8,948 bases of DNA, taken from sequence record OY723350.1. One strand, given 5' to 3'. The notes under the pieces are model-generated. The model saw only the letters and a program-made list of their open reading frames with translations, ran no database searches and had not been told where the DNA came from. How positions within the stretch are numbered: the stretch's first letter is position 1; each line of letters opens with the position of its first letter. Of this stretch, positions 6,336-8,948 are shown one piece after another. Made by a program: the position numbers and the translations under genes.

Positions 6336-6603
6336 ATCTAGTCGAGATGAGCGAATCCACTACTATTGCATATCATGGCATAATGAGCTATACAGAGTAC
6401 TACAGGTATTGGGGGTATCCCTAATGGCAGCATATGCCCCATTAGAGGTATACACCATATCCCCTAGTATCCCTTACAGCACATACCATGGATAGGTACT
6501 CATTAGTAGTATAGAATGTGTATGTCATGACACCAAAACACATGTTTCGAGACATCTGAACACATGGTTTGCACGTATGATCATATACAGTATCTGGGGA
6601 TAT

Positions 6604-7231
6604 ACAGGATACTAGTAGTATGCACGGAGGGTATAAGGGGTGCAGGATACCCCTATACCATAGCCTAACAGCATACACTACGAGTACTATGTATACCATG
6701 GATACCACATGTATACTACTACGGATAGGTACTCATGAGCAGTATCATCATGTGATTGCATGCATTTGATGACATGAAATGAGTAGGTATACACATCTAA
6801 TACCACTAGTACAACAGCATACACACCATTAGTACCATGTATCCTATGGTATACAGTACATGGGGAGTATAGGTACCATTACACCATGCAGAGGTGTATG
6901 GAGTACTATATGGTATATAGGGAGTATCCAGTAGACACCAGATATCATGTACTTGCATGCATTTGATGACATGAAACACATGATTTGATGTACTCATTAA
7001 CAGTATGTATACACATATAGTCTCTAGTGATACACAGGATACTAGTAGTATGCACGGAGGGTATAAGGGGTGCAGGATACCCCTATACCATAGCCTAACA
7101 GCATACACTACGAGTACTATGTATACCATGGATACCACATGTATACTACTACGGATAGGTACTCATGAGCAGTATCATCATGTGATTGCATGCATTTGAT
7201 GACATGAAATGAGTAGGTATACACATCTAAT
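6604..7231. repeat. 430-bp tandem duplication specific to copy 2 (about 1.46 units)
   Basis: 6604..6801 and 7034..7231 (198 bp) are identical by eye. ORFs 6442..6708(-) and 6806..7138(-) share N-termini at offset 430. Copy 1 has a single counterpart at 1290..1487. Confidence 0.92.
6802..6909. repeat. R2 module copy 3
   Basis: Identical by eye to 1727..1834. It lies inside the 430-bp duplication of copy 2. Confidence 0.9.
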
Positions 7232-7371
7232 GACAGGATATGGCATACGGGATACCTGAGGAGACCACCTCCACAGGGAATACCCTCTCTGCACATCCAG
7301 GCTACCGAGAGGCCTACGGGGAGTATCCCCATACCTCTAAGGAGCCATTATGGCCATTAGGGAGTATCCAG
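7230..7371. repeat. R1 element copy e (variant 1)
   Basis: Copy-2 equivalent of 1486..1627 (offset 5744). Hairpin at 7255..7277. Confidence 0.9.
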
Positions 7372-7381
7372 TAGTCACCAG

Positions 7382-7439
7382 ATATCATGATATTGCATGC
7401 ATTTGATGACATGAAAACACATGATTTGATGACATGAAG
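7382..7439. repeat. R3 core
   Basis: Perfect palindrome pair at 7382..7401. Confidence 0.85.
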
Positions 7440-7470
7440 TACTCATTATGAGTAGGTATACACATCTAAT

Positions 7471-7578
7471 ACCACTAGTACAACAGCATACACACCATTA
7501 GTACCATGTATCCTATGGTATACAGTACATGGGGAGTATAGGTACCATTACACCATGCAGAGGTGTATGGAGTACTAT
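7471..7578. repeat. R2 module copy 4
   Basis: Copy-2 equivalent of 1727..1834 (offset 5744). Confidence 0.9.
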
Positions 7579-7606
7579 ATGGTATATAGGGAGTATCCAG
7601 TAGACA

Positions 7607-7798
7607 CCAGATATCATGATATTGCATGCATTTGATGACATGAAACACATGATCTGATGATATGAAGTACTCGATATGTACTCATTATGGTACCCACTAA
7701 CACTAGTACTACAGCATATCCGTACAAGGGGAACCATAAGGATCCGCCCTTGCAGGTATTTGGGTACTATATGATATATAGAGGGTATCCAGTAGACA
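7607..7798. repeat. Single 192-bp unit, homologous to the 193-bp tandem repeat of copy 1
   Basis: CCAGATATCATGAT is at 7607 and 7799, so there is one unit here against two in copy 1. Confidence 0.9.
7611..7667. repeat. R3 core
   Basis: Perfect palindrome pair at 7611..7630. Confidence 0.85.
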
Positions 7799-7802
7799 CC
7801 AG

Positions 7803-7853
7803 ATATCATGATATTGCATGCATTTGATGACATGAAAACACATGATTTGATGT
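7803..7853. repeat. R3 core
   Basis: Perfect palindrome pair at 7803..7822. Confidence 0.85.
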
Positions 7854-8088
7854 ACTCAGATTACATGATTATGGTGATATCCAGTACATCACCAGATCCC
7901 TTAGACACCATGGGGATCACTACATATGCTATAAGGAGTACACATGCTCTGCATGGTACCTATATCATAGGGTAGGGGATATGCCCACGATACCTATGGA
8001 GACCACATCCTCTAGATACATGGTATGTGCACAGAGGATGGTGCCATGGTATGAGGACCCCAAATGGGTCGAAATACATGTTTTAGGG
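7829..8088. repeat. R6 module, copy 2
   Basis: Equivalent of 4071..4330 at offset 3758. Confidence 0.85.
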
Positions 8089-8103
8089 GTACCAAAACAT
8101 GTG
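8048..8103. repeat. Degenerate 22-23-bp periodic zone (copy 2 equivalent of 4290..4345)
   Basis: Offset 3758. Confidence 0.5.
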
Positions 8104-8117
8104 TTGCGAGTAGGTAT

Positions 8118-8253
8118 CGGCACGGGATTAGCACATCTAGGGCATTATGGAACCTGAGGAGATCACCTCCACAGGGAATGTCCCTCCGTGCATCCTGGGC
8201 TACCGAGAGGCCTACATGCAGTACCCCATATCCTCTAAGAGACCATTATGGAG
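8118..8253. repeat. R1 element copy f (variant 3)
   Basis: Copy-2 equivalent of 4360..4495 (offset 3758). Hairpin at 8153..8175. Confidence 0.85.
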
Positions 8254-8262
8254 GGTATTGGA

Positions 8263-8383
8263 CAGGGCCCGAAACCCCCAAAATGAGTGATTTGGGGTGC
8301 TCAAAACCATCGATTTTGGTGGTTTTGGCATGCAAAAAGGGTCGAAAACACCTCTTTTAGCCCCTTTTGCACATGGGAACACC
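8263..8383. repeat. Degenerate 22-23-bp periodic zone (copy 2 equivalent of 4505..4625)
   Basis: Offset 3758. Confidence 0.6.
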
Positions 8384-8552
8384 ACCCCATATACTAAGGG
8401 GGATCCTTCGAGGGATACAGAACCCCCGAAACCCCTTAAAGATGGTGTGTGAGTACTCATGCATGTACCCTTTTAGCACCCTTTCTGACCCCCTTTCAGA
8501 CCCCCTAAATGGTGCCATTCCTCGAAGGATGGCCCTTAAGGGGTGCCGGGAA

Positions 8553-8673
8553 GGGTACCTAAAGAGGTCCCAAAAGTGACCATTTTAGGGGGCCCCAAAA
8601 CGTGTTGCAAAGGGGTACCCCTTTGGTCACCAAAAGTGATGATTTTGGGGACACCAAATGGGTCGGAATGGGT
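8553..8673. repeat. Degenerate 22-23-bp periodic zone (copy 2 equivalent of 4795..4915)
   Basis: Offset 3758. Confidence 0.6.
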
Positions 8674-8678
8674 ACCTA

Positions 8679-8808
8679 ATGACAGGATATGGCATACGGG
8701 ATACCTGAGGAGATCACCTCCACAGGGAATGTCCCTCCGTGCATCCTGGGCTACCGAGAGGCCTACGGGGAGTATCCCCATATCCTCTGAGAGCCATTAT
8801 GACCATTA
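8679..8808. repeat. R1 element copy g (variant 2)
   Basis: Copy-2 equivalent of 4921..5050 (offset 3758). Hairpin at 8704..8726. Confidence 0.9.
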
Positions 8809-8832
8809 CGAGCATCCCGGAGAGCATATCTG

Positions 8833-8948
8833 AGGACCTGAAATCCATGGTTTTGGGGTCTAAAATGATGATTTTAGAGGTCTCAAAATGATGGATTTGG
8901 GGTCTGGAATCATGAGATCCGGGGGTCTGGGGATGCCATGGGTATGGG
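8833..8948. repeat. Degenerate 22-23-bp periodic zone (copy 2 equivalent of 5075..5190)
   Basis: Offset 3758. The inverted repeat TCTAAAAT-GATG-ATTTTAGA is at 8859..8878. Confidence 0.7.

Larger units (their letters stand above)
5191..8948. repeat. Macro-repeat unit, short variant (copy 2, 3758 bp)
   Basis: Colinear with copy 1. It lacks a 1792-bp block and one 193-bp unit, and it gains 122 bp at the 12-mer microsatellite plus a 430-bp tandem duplication. It ends exactly at the position equivalent to 5190. Confidence 0.95.

Noticed and set aside
1-8948. Rescue of coding capacity by an alternative genetic code (TGA, TAG or TAA reassignment)
   Set aside because: All three stop triplets are abundant in all frames, for example TTGATGACATGAA, CTAATGA, ACTAGTAGTA and CTAAAATG. 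No single reassignment, or even a double one, would open long frames.

Overview
I could not support any protein-coding gene, rRNA, tRNA, CRISPR array or recognisable mobile element in this window. It is essentially 100% repetitive non-coding DNA. It consists of two tandem copies of one complex macro-repeat, a long variant (1..5190) and a short variant (5191..8948). By eye these are over 99% identical wherever they align, and they differ only by four copy-number or indel events. The window ends are in phase: the last bases (..GGGGATGCCATGGGTATGGG) followed by the first bases (ATCCAGGGATGC..) reproduce the internal 5190/5191 junction. The sequence is therefore either a slice of a longer tandem array or a circularly closed (possibly collapsed) assembly. 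Each macro-unit is a mosaic of direct-orientation sub-repeat families. R1 is a ~135-bp element with an invariant 23-nt hairpin, present in 7 copies. R2 is a 108-bp module. R3 is a ~55-bp core anchored by two adjacent perfect palindromes. R6 is a ~260-bp module. There is also a 193-bp tandem unit, a 430-bp tandem duplication, and long zones with a cryptic 22-23-bp period made of CYAAAA..TTTTRG inverted repeats. The longest ORF is 121 aa. The ORFs are repeat-borne, overlap each other on opposite strands, and all three stop codons are frequent in all frames. Composition is odd: CpG is strongly depleted outside one (CG)n tract, and CATG is roughly tenfold over-represented. This looks like satellite or higher-order-repeat DNA, more typical of a eukaryotic genome or an unusual non-coding replicon than of ordinary prokaryotic sequence. 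I see no evidence for a defence, secretion or metabolic gene system. The most interesting items are the phase-closed two-unit architecture, the conserved R1 hairpin element and the palindrome-anchored cores. All identity estimates are by eye, and no searches were run.
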